Of a stretch of DNA of 64,000 nucleotides, positions 23,003 to 33,509 are shown piece by piece (positions within the stretch are counted from its first letter, which is position 1; each line of letters opens with the position of its first letter). Source of the DNA: Bdellovibrionales bacterium (GTDB lineage: Bacteria; Bdellovibrionota; Bdellovibrionia; Bdellovibrionales; UBA1609); contig CBDBIB010000001.1 in the NCBI GenBank assembly GCA_965205945.1, positions 480,001-544,000 of the forward strand, written 5' to 3'. A program made the position numbers and the translations under genes. The notes under the pieces were generated by a model, which worked only from the letters and a program-made list of their open reading frames with translations, searched no databases and was not told where the DNA came from.

Positions 23003-23749
23003 ATGAAAAATTGGAACTATGAAAATGAACAATGGCAAAAACTGCCTACCTATTTAAAACACCTTCCCCTTTTTACAAGGCATTTTGATTTAACATCTTA
23101 CCTTATAAGCTTTATCTGGAACTTTTTATTAAAAACTCTGGGCTTTAAGCTCTATATTCAACTTAAAATCATTGGTGATTTTCATAAGATTTATAAAAAA
23201 CACCCTAAATTACTTTTAATTTCAAACCACTCCTCTCACTTAGATGCCGTATCCATTACTGCATCTATACCATTTAAATATTGGAAAGATCTTTTTATTT
23301 CAGCAGCAAAAGACTATTGGTTTAGAAGCACAATTTTCACCTTTTTCTCACAACATTGTTTAGGCGCTATTCCCATAAACAGAAAAGAAAACAAATCCGA
23401 AGCCATCAACCTTTGCCTTAATTTATTAAATAATCTAGACCGTATTTGGCTCATTCTTTTCCCTGAAGGAACACGATCTCCAGATGGGTACCTTCATAAC
23501 TTTAAAAAAGGTGTTAGCCTATTTTCTCAAGAAACAAACACTCCTGTACTTTTCTTATACATTCAAGGAAACGCTGATCTTTGGCCTAAAGATCGCCTGC
23601 TCCCTAAACCTGGAAAATTAACTTTACATGTTGGTCCAGTTTTCCCCCCCTCCCCCATTAAAGAGATTCAAAAAGCTTATGAAAATTGGTTATTAACAAT
23701 TGATTCTTCAGTTATTTCAAATAGAAAAAAAGATGACGAAAGAATTTAA
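23003..23749 (+). CDS. Lysophospholipid acyltransferase (PlsC family)
   Basis: NHSSHLD (HX4D) and FPEGTRS motifs. Confidence 0.9.
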   Translation: MKNWNYENEQWQKLPTYLKHLPLFTRHFDLTSYLISFIWNFLLKTLGFKLYIQLKIIGDFHKIYKKHPKLLLISNHSSHLDAVSITASIPFKYWKDLFISAAKDYWFRSTIFTFFSQHCLGAIPINRKENKSEAINLCLNLLNNLDRIWLILFPEGTRSPDGYLHNFKKGVSLFSQETNTPVLFLYIQGNADLWPKDRLLPKPGKLTLHVGPVFPPSPIKEIQKAYENWLLTIDSSVISNRKKDDERI

Positions 23750-25451
23750 TATACAAATATCAACTCAAAATGGTACAGGAAGTACAACTGCAAATAAAAT
23801 CTTAGTCCGATCTCTTGTTGCTCAAGGTTTTTTAGTGACTTCTAAAAACTTGTTTCCCTCAAACATCTCAGGACTTCCAACAACATTTAAAATACGGATC
23901 TCTAATTATCATCAAACAAGTATAAATAATCAGACTGACCTATACATTGGTTTTAACAAAAAAACTTTAGAAAAAGATTTAACTCAACTTTTACCTAATA
24001 CCTTTTGTCTTTTAAATGCTGATTTTAAGTTTAAAACCTTCTTAAAAAATCAAATTCAAATTGACTGTAGAAAGACTGTTCGAAATCTTCATAATTCTGC
24101 TTCTGCTAAAAAACTACTGTATAATATGCTCTATGTTGGGAGCACTCTTCACATTATTGGCGGCAACCTTGACTCTGCAAAAAATGTAACAAAAGATTTC
24201 CTTAAAAATATTCCAAAAGATTTAATACAGGCTAATGTAAATGCCCTTGAAGCTGGATTTAATTTAATCAAGAAACCCTTTTTTAAATTAGATAAAAAGA
24301 CTCCTAAAGCTACATATCTTTTTAAAGGAAACTCTTGCTCCGCTCTTGGCTTCTTAGATGGAGGAGCTACGGTTGCCACATGGTATCCTATAACACCCTC
24401 ATCTTCTGTCATTGAGGATTTTAAAAACCTCATAGCTCTTTATAAAAAAGAGCACATATCTATTCTACAGTGTGAAGATGAGATTGCCTCTGCTGTCACT
24501 GCTCTTGGAGCTGGATGGAGTGGGGCTAGATCTTTTACTACAACTTCGGGTCCAGGTTTAAGCCTTATGCAAGAAGCCCTTGGATTAGCATACTTTACAG
24601 AAAGTCCTTTTGTACTTTTAGATGTTCAAAGAGCCGGTCCTTCAACAGGGCTTCCCACAAGAACCGCACAGGGCGATTTGATTCTCGCTCACTTTAGTTC
24701 TCATGGAGATGGCACCCACCCTATTTTTTTACCTGGTACACCACAAGAGTGCTACGATGATGCTTTTGATAGCTTAAATTTAGCTCAATCATTACAAACT
24801 CCAATTCTTATACTCTCTGATCTTGATTTAGGAATGAATGAATGGTCTTCAAAACCTATTCAACAAAAAAAAGCCCCCTTAGATAAAGGCTCTATTCAGA
24901 TTAAAGCTGTTAATAATTTTAAACGCTATTCGAATTTAAAACTTTCTCCAACCAGAAGTATTCCACGAATTAGCGACTCTAAACTTGCATATTTTACACG
25001 AGGGACTGGACATACCGAGGATGGCTCTTACTCTGAAAACCCTATTGTTTATGAAAAAAAACTTACTCGCCTAAAAAATAAGGTAGCTAATTCTTATAAA
25101 TCCCACCATTTTCCAAAAAGTCTTATTCAAGAAAATAAGACTAAAGTTTCTGTTGTTACCTGGGGAAGTACCGGACAAATACATGGGGAGTTAAAAGACC
25201 TGCTTCCTTTTAAATTTTCATACATGCGCATTAGAGCTCTGCCTTTAGGACCAGATGAATTTAAATTTCTTAGTAACCATAAAATTAACTTTATTATTGA
25301 ACAAAACCGAGATGGTCAATTAAACAAAATCATCAAGGCTTTTTCTAAAAATATGAGCCCCTGTATTACTAAATCAATTTGTCAATTTGACGGACAACCA
25401 ATTAATACAAAAAAAATAGCTTTAAAAATTTTAGAGGCCACACATGAATAA
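23733..25451 (+). CDS. korA: 2-oxoacid:ferredoxin oxidoreductase alpha (gamma-alpha fusion)
   Basis: WYPITPSS, QCEDEIAS, TTTSGPGLSLM, VQRAGPSTGLPTRTAQGD; start at ATG 23733. Confidence 0.88.
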   Translation: MTKEFNIQISTQNGTGSTTANKILVRSLVAQGFLVTSKNLFPSNISGLPTTFKIRISNYHQTSINNQTDLYIGFNKKTLEKDLTQLLPNTFCLLNADFKFKTFLKNQIQIDCRKTVRNLHNSASAKKLLYNMLYVGSTLHIIGGNLDSAKNVTKDFLKNIPKDLIQANVNALEAGFNLIKKPFFKLDKKTPKATYLFKGNSCSALGFLDGGATVATWYPITPSSSVIEDFKNLIALYKKEHISILQCEDEIASAVTALGAGWSGARSFTTTSGPGLSLMQEALGLAYFTESPFVLLDVQRAGPSTGLPTRTAQGDLILAHFSSHGDGTHPIFLPGTPQECYDDAFDSLNLAQSLQTPILILSDLDLGMNEWSSKPIQQKKAPLDKGSIQIKAVNNFKRYSNLKLSPTRSIPRISDSKLAYFTRGTGHTEDGSYSENPIVYEKKLTRLKNKVANSYKSHHFPKSLIQENKTKVSVVTWGSTGQIHGELKDLLPFKFSYMRIRALPLGPDEFKFLSNHKINFIIEQNRDGQLNKIIKAFSKNMSPCITKSICQFDGQPINTKKIALKILEATHE

Positions 25452-26421
25452 AATTAATTTAAACAAAGAATCATATAAAGCAAGCCCTTCAACTTTATGT
25501 AAGGGCTGTGGCCATGACTCTATCACTTTAAACCTTATTAATGCTTTATATGAGCTTTGTATAGATCCTGCTCAAGTGATTAAACTTTCAGGCATTGGGT
25601 GCTCATCTAAAATTCCAAACTATTTTCTTAAGTCAAGCTTTGGTTTTAACTCTTTACACGGGCGAATGGCTGCTCTTGCAACAGGTGTTAACTTAAGTCA
25701 ACCTAAGGCAAAGCTTATTGGGATTTCTGGTGATGGAGACACTGCTTCTATTGGGCTTGGAGGGTTTTTACATTTAATACGTAAAAATGTTCCCATTGTT
25801 TACATCGTTGCTAACAACGGTGTTTATGGGCTTACAAAGGGGCAGTTTTCAGCAACAAGCCATAAAAATGATATTTCAAAATTAAATCTTGAGCAGAATT
25901 TACCTGAATTAGATATCCTTCTTCAAGCCTTATCTACAGGTTGCAGTTTTGTTGCAAGGTCTTTTTCTGGTGAAAATAAACAGTTAAAAAATATTTTAAA
26001 ACTTGCTCTAAACCATAATGGCACTGCCGTAATTGATGTTATCTCCCCTTGCATAGTTTACGGAAATCACAAAGATTTTTCTAAAAGCTACACTTATACT
26101 CAAGAAACTAATCACCCTCTTCATGAAATTGATATTATTAATGATGATATTCTAATCTTAAAAGACTCTTTAAAGTATAAACTTATTCCTTTAAAAGAAC
26201 AAAATCACGATACCTCTTCTTTACCTCAAGCCTTAAAGCTTATTTTAAAAGAAAAAACCGATAATATCCTTCACACAGGTTTAATTTATATAGATAAATC
26301 AAAGCCCAATCTTAATCAAGCTTATGGGTTTTCAAACAAAGACAAATTCTGTTTAAAAGAAGAAGATTTAAGGCTTTCAAAAGAAAATTTTAATACTTTT
26401 AACAATGGAGCACTTATTTGA
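25444..26421 (+). CDS. korB: 2-oxoacid:ferredoxin oxidoreductase beta
   Basis: LCKGCGH, SGIGCSSK, LHGR, SGDGD ThDP motif, NNGVYGLTKGQFS. Confidence 0.9.
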   Translation: MNKINLNKESYKASPSTLCKGCGHDSITLNLINALYELCIDPAQVIKLSGIGCSSKIPNYFLKSSFGFNSLHGRMAALATGVNLSQPKAKLIGISGDGDTASIGLGGFLHLIRKNVPIVYIVANNGVYGLTKGQFSATSHKNDISKLNLEQNLPELDILLQALSTGCSFVARSFSGENKQLKNILKLALNHNGTAVIDVISPCIVYGNHKDFSKSYTYTQETNHPLHEIDIINDDILILKDSLKYKLIPLKEQNHDTSSLPQALKLILKEKTDNILHTGLIYIDKSKPNLNQAYGFSNKDKFCLKEEDLRLSKENFNTFNNGALI

Positions 26422-27335
26422 AACAATATCACAATTTAAACATTCAAGACATTATATTAAATATCGGCCCCTATAAAGTTCATAGCCTTAGCACTACTAG
26501 TTTTGGTTTAGATGGTGGGGCTATGTTTGGAACTGTTCCTAAGGTTTTGTGGAGTAAAACCAATCCCTCAGATGATCAAAATAGAATCCTAATGGATTGT
26601 CGATGTTTACTATTAGAATCAACAGATTATAAAATTTTAATAGATACAGGTCTTGGTGGAGATTTTATTGAAAAATACGGATCTTCGTTAGGTCTAAAAT
26701 TTTCTAAAATGTACTCCATCTTAGAAAATAACAAATCTGGAATTGAAAAAGCCTTAAGTAAAATAAACATTAAAACTTCTCAAATCACCCATGTTATTCT
26801 AACCCACCTTCACTTTGATCATGCTGGAGGAGCTACTAAATCAATAAACAAAAAACTTGTTCCCACCTTTAAGAATGCTGAATATTTCATACAAAAAGAC
26901 AATTTAAAAACTGCCCTTTCACCCAATTTAAGAGAAAAAGCCAGCTATTATAAGTGTAATTTTGAAGTGCTTATAAAAAACAAAGTCCTTACAATCCTTA
27001 ACGGAAATGAAGAAATCCTTCCTAACATTTCCTTTTCAATTTCTAATGGACACACTAAAGGACAACAAAATGTTTGGGTTGAAGATGATAAAAACTCTCT
27101 TCTTTACTGTGCTGACTTAATACCTACAGCAACTCATGTAAGGCTCCCATGGATTATGGGCTATGATTTAAATCCTCTTATGATTATTAAAGAAAAAAAA
27201 AGAGAGCTTAAAAAAGCCCTTAAAAAAGAAAGCTTTTTATTTTTTGAACATGATCCTTATTGCTCTACTGCAAAAATAAAAACTTCGGAAAATGGCTTGG
27301 ATTTTAGGCTTAAAGAAATTTTTAAATTGTCATAA
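26418..27335 (+). CDS. MBL-fold metallo-hydrolase (YtnP-like)
   Basis: LDGGAMFGTVPKVLW, THLHFDHAGG, GHTKG, ADLIP, PWIMGYD, FEHDP. Confidence 0.9.
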   Translation: MKQYHNLNIQDIILNIGPYKVHSLSTTSFGLDGGAMFGTVPKVLWSKTNPSDDQNRILMDCRCLLLESTDYKILIDTGLGGDFIEKYGSSLGLKFSKMYSILENNKSGIEKALSKINIKTSQITHVILTHLHFDHAGGATKSINKKLVPTFKNAEYFIQKDNLKTALSPNLREKASYYKCNFEVLIKNKVLTILNGNEEILPNISFSISNGHTKGQQNVWVEDDKNSLLYCADLIPTATHVRLPWIMGYDLNPLMIIKEKKRELKKALKKESFLFFEHDPYCSTAKIKTSENGLDFRLKEIFKLS

Positions 27336-27361
27336 AACGATTTTAAGTTAGAATCCTCATC

Positions 27362-28684
27362 ATGGTTAAAAAAATATTAAATCCAATAGAAAAATTTATG
27401 CATTTAGAAGCCTCAAGCGGAATAATGCTTATTATTGCAACTCTTATGGCTTTAATTATGGTCAACACAGGGATGCAGACTCTATATTATAATATTCTTC
27501 ACTTTCCAATCAATTTAGATATTGGTAGTTTAGTTTTGCATGGCTCTGTTCACCATTGGGTAAACGATGCGCTCATGGTGATCTTCTTTTTTATAGTTGG
27601 ATTAGAGATTAAACGTGAAATGGTTAGTGGAGAGCTTTCTTCTCCCCAAAAAGCTGCACTTCCAATATTTGCTGCTTTTGGCGGGATGGTTGTTCCTGCT
27701 TTATTTTATGTACTACTTAATATGTCTGAAGAACAGGGCACCGCTCTTAATGGCTGGGGAATTCCAATGGCCACTGACATTGCTTTTGCTGTTGGTGTTG
27801 TTGCGCTGTTAGGAAAAAGAGTGCCCTTTTCTTTAAAAATCTTCTTATTAGCATTAGCAATTGTTGATGACCTAGGTGCTGTTTTTGTCATTGCCGCCTT
27901 TTACACTGAACAAATTTCAGCTCCTGCTTTAGGTATAGCAGGCCTTGGGTGCTTAGCTATTCTACTATTTAGATATATTGGTGTAAGGTCAATTTTTGTA
28001 TATATTCTTTTAGGCCTTATTATTTGGCTCGGGTTTTTCACAAGCGGTATTCACGCAACCATTGCTGGTGTTATTATTGGCTTTTTAACCCCTTCAAAAC
28101 CACTTTTTACTAGTGATGAGTTAGGTAAGAAAATCAACACGTTATCCCAAAAAACTTTAAGTACACTTAATCATTTTAAAAATAACATGGAGGCAACATA
28201 TCTAAAGGAAAAGGATAGAAAGAAAATTTTTGAACTTAGAAATATCGCTTTTGAAGGCCTTTCTCCAATAGATAGAATTATTGATATAATGCACCCATGG
28301 GTAAGTTTTTTTATTATGCCCGCTTTTGCCTTTTGTAATGCTGGTGTTGTCATCTCTTCTAAAGCTGCAGAAAGTTTTTTTTCATCTCCAATCTCTTTAG
28401 GCATTTTCTTAGGGCTTGTTGTTGGAAAACCCGTTGGAATTCTTATATTCTCAGCCTTATCAGTTGTTTTTAAACTTGCAGCTCTTCCAAAAAATGTAAC
28501 CTGGACTCATATCATAGGGTTAGGCTTTTTAGGCGGTATTGGATTTACAATGTCGTTATTTGTTACAAGTCTTGCCATCTCTGATCCACTATCAAGTGAC
28601 CTTGCTAAAATGGGAATCCTAACAGCTTCACTAGCAGCTTCTTTTTTTGGAGCAGGAACTCTTATTCTTGCAAGTAAAAAATAA
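27362..28684 (+). CDS. nhaA: Na+/H+ antiporter NhaA
   Basis: HWVNDALM, GLEIKRE, GWGIPMATDIAF, LAIVDDLGA, GIGFTMSLF. Confidence 0.96.
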   Translation: MVKKILNPIEKFMHLEASSGIMLIIATLMALIMVNTGMQTLYYNILHFPINLDIGSLVLHGSVHHWVNDALMVIFFFIVGLEIKREMVSGELSSPQKAALPIFAAFGGMVVPALFYVLLNMSEEQGTALNGWGIPMATDIAFAVGVVALLGKRVPFSLKIFLLALAIVDDLGAVFVIAAFYTEQISAPALGIAGLGCLAILLFRYIGVRSIFVYILLGLIIWLGFFTSGIHATIAGVIIGFLTPSKPLFTSDELGKKINTLSQKTLSTLNHFKNNMEATYLKEKDRKKIFELRNIAFEGLSPIDRIIDIMHPWVSFFIMPAFAFCNAGVVISSKAAESFFSSPISLGIFLGLVVGKPVGILIFSALSVVFKLAALPKNVTWTHIIGLGFLGGIGFTMSLFVTSLAISDPLSSDLAKMGILTASLAASFFGAGTLILASKK

Positions 28685-28756
28685 AAAATTTTAAACAGCT
28701 AATCTTATAAAAAAACCTAAAATTAAAATAAAAAGCTGTCTTGTTCGCTCTTTACT

Positions 28757-30322
28757 TTAAAAACTTTTTTTAGAATTAGTTAAATGTTTTAAGTTTCCTG
28801 CCTCACGCTTTGCTCCACCATATTGCTTAAAACCTCTACCACCATTTTCAAAGGCTTTTTTAAAACAAGATTTCTTTTTAAAACCAGTCTGAGTACGTGA
28901 AAAGCTTGATCTTTTTTCATCACTAGAATTAGTGTTTGATTTTGATCTTTTAGAATAATTTCTTTTTAAACCAGTTTCACTAAATTCACTATGTTTTGAT
29001 TTAGCCCAACGCATACTTGGCCCAGCAGAAGAGCCCCTTTTTTTTCGTCTATCCGGCAACCCATTGTCATCTCTTCTACTACTCTTATGATCCCATTCTC
29101 TACGTCCTACAGCGGTTGAAGCCTTAGTGCGTCGATATTTTTTAAGGCTGTTATTTCTTCCTCCACCTTGACTCCTACTTTTAAAACGTCGTTCTTCACC
29201 GCCACTACTGCTAGTTAAAATATTCTTTAACTCAACACCTTGAATTTTATATCTTTTAGCCAATCTAATCCAAGCACTATGATCTTGACGAGCAACAAAG
29301 CTAAGAGCTTCACCTTCAGCCCCATTACGTGCAGTTCTTCCGATTCTATGAATATAATCTTCTTCTATTATTGGAAGATCATAATTAATAACGTGCCCAA
29401 CTAAAGGAACATCAATGCCACGAGATGCAACATCTGTTGCGCATAAAACTCTAGTTTTCTCAGTTCTAAAATTTTGAATAGAGCGGTTTCTTTTTCCCTG
29501 AGATAAATCTCCATGGATAATACCTACCTTAAAACCAAACTCTTGTAAGTAATCTGCAACTTCATCTGTTCTAAACTTTGTTCTAAAAAATACAATTATA
29601 GAACCCTTTCTTTTATTAAGTTCATCAACTAATTTATCATTTTTCTCTTTATTGTTAACTTGAAGAATTGATTGTTTAATCTTTTCAACTGGCAATGAAA
29701 CTCTTCCAACATCCATTTTAACTGGATCTTGAAGATAAACTTTAGCAAGATTTTTAACTTTAATTGGAAGTGTTGCTGTAAATAAAGAAGTCTGTCTGTT
29801 TTTAGGAAGATACTCTAAAATCTCATCAAGCTGAGGTTGAAAACCCATATCAAGCATTCTATCACCTTCATCTAAAACTAAGATCTTTGTTTTATCTAAT
29901 TTAATTGATCTACGCCTTAAATGATCATTAAGTCTACCAGGTGTTGCTACAAGAATACGTGGTTTATTTTTAAGAGCTCTAAATTGTCTCATCATATCTG
30001 TACCACCAACTAAAGTAGTCACTCTAATATTATCACAGTAACGTGTTAACTCCATCATGACGCCTGCAATTTGTTTTGCAAGTTCTCTTGTTGGTGCAAG
30101 AATTAAAGCATTTCTATTTTTTTCCTCTAAAAGCCTTTGAACTAGTGGAATACCGAAAGCACCTGTTTTACCAGATCCTGTTTCAGCACAAGCCATAATG
30201 TCTTTGCCCTCTAAAGATTGCTCTATTACAGCATTTTGAACCTTTGTGGGCTCTTTAAATTCAAGTTTAACCAACGCCTTTTTAATAGGCTCTGCCAAAG
30301 ACATATCCTGAAACTGCACCAT
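28757..30322 (-). CDS. DEAD-box RNA helicase with basic C-terminal tail
   Basis: Q motif, AETGSGKT, PTRELA, TPGRL, DEGD, TAT, HRIGRTAR; R/K/S-rich tail. Confidence 0.95.
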   Translation of the reverse strand: MVQFQDMSLAEPIKKALVKLEFKEPTKVQNAVIEQSLEGKDIMACAETGSGKTGAFGIPLVQRLLEEKNRNALILAPTRELAKQIAGVMMELTRYCDNIRVTTLVGGTDMMRQFRALKNKPRILVATPGRLNDHLRRRSIKLDKTKILVLDEGDRMLDMGFQPQLDEILEYLPKNRQTSLFTATLPIKVKNLAKVYLQDPVKMDVGRVSLPVEKIKQSILQVNNKEKNDKLVDELNKRKGSIIVFFRTKFRTDEVADYLQEFGFKVGIIHGDLSQGKRNRSIQNFRTEKTRVLCATDVASRGIDVPLVGHVINYDLPIIEEDYIHRIGRTARNGAEGEALSFVARQDHSAWIRLAKRYKIQGVELKNILTSSSGGEERRFKSRSQGGGRNNSLKKYRRTKASTAVGRREWDHKSSRRDDNGLPDRRKKRGSSAGPSMRWAKSKHSEFSETGLKRNYSKRSKSNTNSSDEKRSSFSRTQTGFKKKSCFKKAFENGGRGFKQYGGAKREAGNLKHLTNSKKSF

Positions 30323-30365
30323 ATTTTATTGTCCTCTCTAGATACGCATCATTGCTCTATCTTAT

Positions 30366-30474
30366 CTTAGATTGATATCTAAAGAGGGTTCGGCATAAAC
30401 TTAAGATTATTCGGGTCGATCTCTTAACTTTCAATCTAAGTCTGGTCTTACACTTATTTAAGCAAAGGAGTCAA
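30366..30474 (-). promoter_or_regulatory. sigma70-like promoter and structured 5' leader of the helicase
   Basis: Minus strand TTGACT-N18-TAAGAC; perfect 10-bp inverted repeat CTTAGATTGA (30366) / TCAATCTAAG (30431) enclosing an inner TTAAGA/TCTTAA stem. Confidence 0.45.
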
Positions 30475-30524
30475 CGCATTATCAAAATTAATAATAAGTA
30501 CATTTCTAAAATTCATTAAAAATC

Positions 30525-31529
30525 CTATTTTTTATTTATAAAAGAGCAAACCAAGTGGTTTCTTGCTTTCTCTGAAATCTCACGCCCTCTTGGCCTTCGA
30601 ATCAAATACCCTTCCTTTAATAAATAAGGCTCATACACATCTTCAATAGTCGATCTATCTTCAGATAATGTTGCTGATAAAGCATCAATGCCAACAGGAC
30701 CTCCGTCATAGTAGTCCTTAATGACTCTAAGAATTCTCCTATCCATTTGATCAAGACCTTCTTTATCAATATCCATTAAACTTAATGCTTTTTGAACAAT
30801 GTTATTATTAACAACAGAAAATTCCCCAACTAACGCATAGTCTCTAACTCTTCTTAAAATCCGATTTGCAATTCTTGGAGTTCCCCTTGAGCACTTAGAT
30901 ATAATTTTAATAGCTTCAGCATTTAAATTTAATTTAATCTTCTTCGCATTATTTTCTACAATTCTTGCAAGCTCTAAAGGCTTATAAAATTGAAAATGTA
31001 AATGAGCAATAAACCTCTCACGCAATGGATTTGATAACAGTCCTGACCGAGTTGTAGCGCCAATTAAAGTAAAAGAGTTAAGATCAATTTGCATAGTGCG
31101 CGCAGAAGGCCCCTCACCTAAAACAATATCAAGTTTATAGTCTTCCATTGCAGAATATAACATCTCTTCTATAGAAATATTAATTCTATGAATCTCGTCA
31201 ATAAACAAAACATCATGAGGTTGAAGGTTTGTTAGCAATGAAGCTAAATCTCCTTTTTTCTCCAATGCAGGCCCAGACACAACATGGAGGTTAGTTCTTA
31301 ACTCTTTTGAAATAATCATCGCCAATGAAGTCTTACCTAAACCCGGAGGTCCAGATAAAAGTGCATGATCCATAGCAGCCTCTCTAATTTTAGCAGAGTT
31401 CACCATAAGTTTAATGTTTTCTACAACTTTTAACTGACCTATGTACTCAGAAAAGTTAAGCGGCCGTAAAAAAACTTCTGCTTTTTTTTCAGACGGCTCT
31501 TTAAAATGATCCATTAAACGTTCTGTCAT
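30525..31529 (-). CDS. ruvB: Holliday junction helicase RuvB
   Basis: LRP..EYIGQ, GPPGLGKT, FIDEIHR, GATTRSG, RGTPRIANR, EPYL. Confidence 0.98.
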   Translation of the reverse strand: MTERLMDHFKEPSEKKAEVFLRPLNFSEYIGQLKVVENIKLMVNSAKIREAAMDHALLSGPPGLGKTSLAMIISKELRTNLHVVSGPALEKKGDLASLLTNLQPHDVLFIDEIHRINISIEEMLYSAMEDYKLDIVLGEGPSARTMQIDLNSFTLIGATTRSGLLSNPLRERFIAHLHFQFYKPLELARIVENNAKKIKLNLNAEAIKIISKCSRGTPRIANRILRRVRDYALVGEFSVVNNNIVQKALSLMDIDKEGLDQMDRRILRVIKDYYDGGPVGIDALSATLSEDRSTIEDVYEPYLLKEGYLIRRPRGREISEKARNHLVCSFINKK

Positions 31530-31539
31530 ACAAACCTCT

Positions 31540-32199
31540 TTATATTTCTTTTAAAACTAAATGCACTAACTGTTCAACTTTTTTAATTGTATTTTCCTTT
31601 AAAATCCTTTGTGCAAGGGGAATAACTTTTTCTGTTTGAAATCCTAAATTTTCACAAGCCAATACCGTATCATTTAAAATTCTATCAGAATCTACACTCA
31701 TTTTAATTTTTTCAAGTTTTGTTGTAACCAAATCCCCATTACTAAAAACTCTTTCCTTCTTTAAAGTTTTTAGCTTAAAACTTAAAGGAGCTATAGAGTA
31801 CATTTTTATTTTATGTATTTTTTTACTTAAATCTAAAATAATTTGAGATGCAGCCTTAGTTCCGACTCCACTTACAGTAGTTAAAATACTTTTTTGCTCA
31901 GTCTTTACAGCCATAATAATTTGATCCAAACTAACTTTAGAAACAATATTATATGCTGATTTAGGCCCTACACCCTTTACCGTAGTCATCAATTCAAAAA
32001 GCTTTTTCTCTCTTAAAGTTCTAAATGCAAATAAAACTTCTGCACTCTCTCTAATTATATGGGCTACATAAACGCAGGTTAACTCACCTTCTGGAAATAT
32101 ATAACTACAATAGGCTTGATAACCTACGCCACTAGCCGTTTGAATTAAAGCTTCTTGACCATCACTAAATAAAACAGTCCCTGTTAAAACACCAATCAT
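31540..32199 (-). CDS. ruvA: Holliday junction DNA-binding protein RuvA
   Basis: MIGVLTG, GVGY, VKGVGPKSA, VSGVGTKAA HhH motifs; lies between ruvC and ruvB. Confidence 0.93.
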   Translation of the reverse strand: MIGVLTGTVLFSDGQEALIQTASGVGYQAYCSYIFPEGELTCVYVAHIIRESAEVLFAFRTLREKKLFELMTTVKGVGPKSAYNIVSKVSLDQIIMAVKTEQKSILTTVSGVGTKAASQIILDLSKKIHKIKMYSIAPLSFKLKTLKKERVFSNGDLVTTKLEKIKMSVDSDRILNDTVLACENLGFQTEKVIPLAQRILKENTIKKVEQLVHLVLKEI

Positions 32200-32209
32200 A
32201 AATATCCCT

Positions 32210-32773
32210 CTACTTTAAATGCTTAAAACTTTCCTTTAAACCCATCCCCCTAGTTTTTCTATTTCTAGATTGGCCTATTCTCCCTATAGTTCCCCTTCTA
32301 AGACTATGACACAACGCTATAGCCACGGCATCACTTTCATCATGAGTCTGAGGCTTATAGTTTGGAAATACAAAGCTTAAAGATTTTTCTAAATTTTGTT
32401 TAGAAGATAAGCCATAACCGGAGACTGTAGATTTGATTAAATTAGGAGAGTACTCACAAATAGAAACCATTCCTTTAAACACTGCTGAAATTATAGCGCC
32501 TCTTGCTTGTGCCAGCTTTGCTAGTGAGTTCACATTCTTAACGTGAATAAGCGTCTCTAAAGATAACTCATAAGGAGGTAAGTTTTTAACTAGTTTTTTA
32601 AAATAATTGCTTAAAGTACTAATTCTATTAAAAAAATCATCTTTTTGATTAAGCTTACAAGCGCCAGACTTCACTATTTCAAAATCTCTTCTAACACATT
32701 TAACTAGTGCATAACCAGCACTTATAGAACCTGGGTCAATACCTAAAATAAATACTTCTTCTTTAGAGTGCAC
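32210..32773 (-). CDS. ruvC: Crossover junction endodeoxyribonuclease RuvC
   Basis: ILGIDPG, KLAQARG, EYSPNLIK, HDESDAVAIALCH. Confidence 0.95.
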   Translation of the reverse strand: MHSKEEVFILGIDPGSISAGYALVKCVRRDFEIVKSGACKLNQKDDFFNRISTLSNYFKKLVKNLPPYELSLETLIHVKNVNSLAKLAQARGAIISAVFKGMVSICEYSPNLIKSTVSGYGLSSKQNLEKSLSFVFPNYKPQTHDESDAVAIALCHSLRRGTIGRIGQSRNRKTRGMGLKESFKHLK

Positions 32774-33016
32774 AAAGCCCTCCCTAAACTAAACTCTAAA
32801 CTTATCCATATGCAAGAGCAAAGAAAACCTTTAAACAACATCTATGCCCTTTAAAAGAATCCGTATACTAAGCACTGTTGCCAGTTCATCTAGTCTAATC
32901 ATAGCAACAAATAGACTAAAAGTAATGCTGACTTAAAATTTATTTTTAATTTATTATATCTTACGGCAATAGCCCTTAAACTTTTTATATACCGTTAGTA
33001 ACACCCTCATACAGGC

Positions 33017-33421
33017 TTAATTAACATCTCTCACTCCTGAAGAGTTTACACTCTCACTTTGTGTTGTAACATTCACTAAGAACAAAATCATATAAACAGC
33101 AAAGACTGGAACAAAAGCTGTTAAAATCCAAGAAACTAAAGTTATAAACCGAAGCCATGTTTCATGAATACCCAATTTTGGAGCCAACTTATGACAAACT
33201 CCTAAGAATCTAGGCTGATCCCCGAAGTTAATTGTAAACTCGCTGGGAAAAGAAATCACAACAGAAAGATAAACTAAGAATGTTACCCCAAAAGTAAATA
33301 AAAAAGAAATCAACAGGGCTATTCTTAAAATCAAAACAGGAAAGCCTAATTTTAAAGCTATTCCTCCACAAACACCACCAAAAACACCATTTTTTCGTAT
33401 AAAAATATTTTGATTTTTCAT
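33017..33421 (-). CDS. Tandem PspC-domain membrane protein
   Basis: Two repeats: FGGVCGGIA..LR and FLGVCHKLA..LR, each followed by a TM segment. Confidence 0.85.
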   Translation of the reverse strand: MKNQNIFIRKNGVFGGVCGGIALKLGFPVLILRIALLISFLFTFGVTFLVYLSVVISFPSEFTINFGDQPRFLGVCHKLAPKLGIHETWLRFITLVSWILTAFVPVFAVYMILFLVNVTTQSESVNSSGVRDVN

Positions 33422-33447
33422 AAAACCTTTATAACCTTAAAACAAAA

Positions 33448-33474
33448 AAGAGGCCACTATTAAAGGGACCTCTT
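33448..33474 (-). terminator. Rho-independent terminator
   Basis: Minus strand AAGAGGTCC..GGCCTCTT hairpin followed by a T-run, downstream of the stop at 33510. Confidence 0.6.
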
Positions 33475-33509
33475 AAAAAAAATTAAACTCTTTAATCTAA
33501 AGGTTATGC

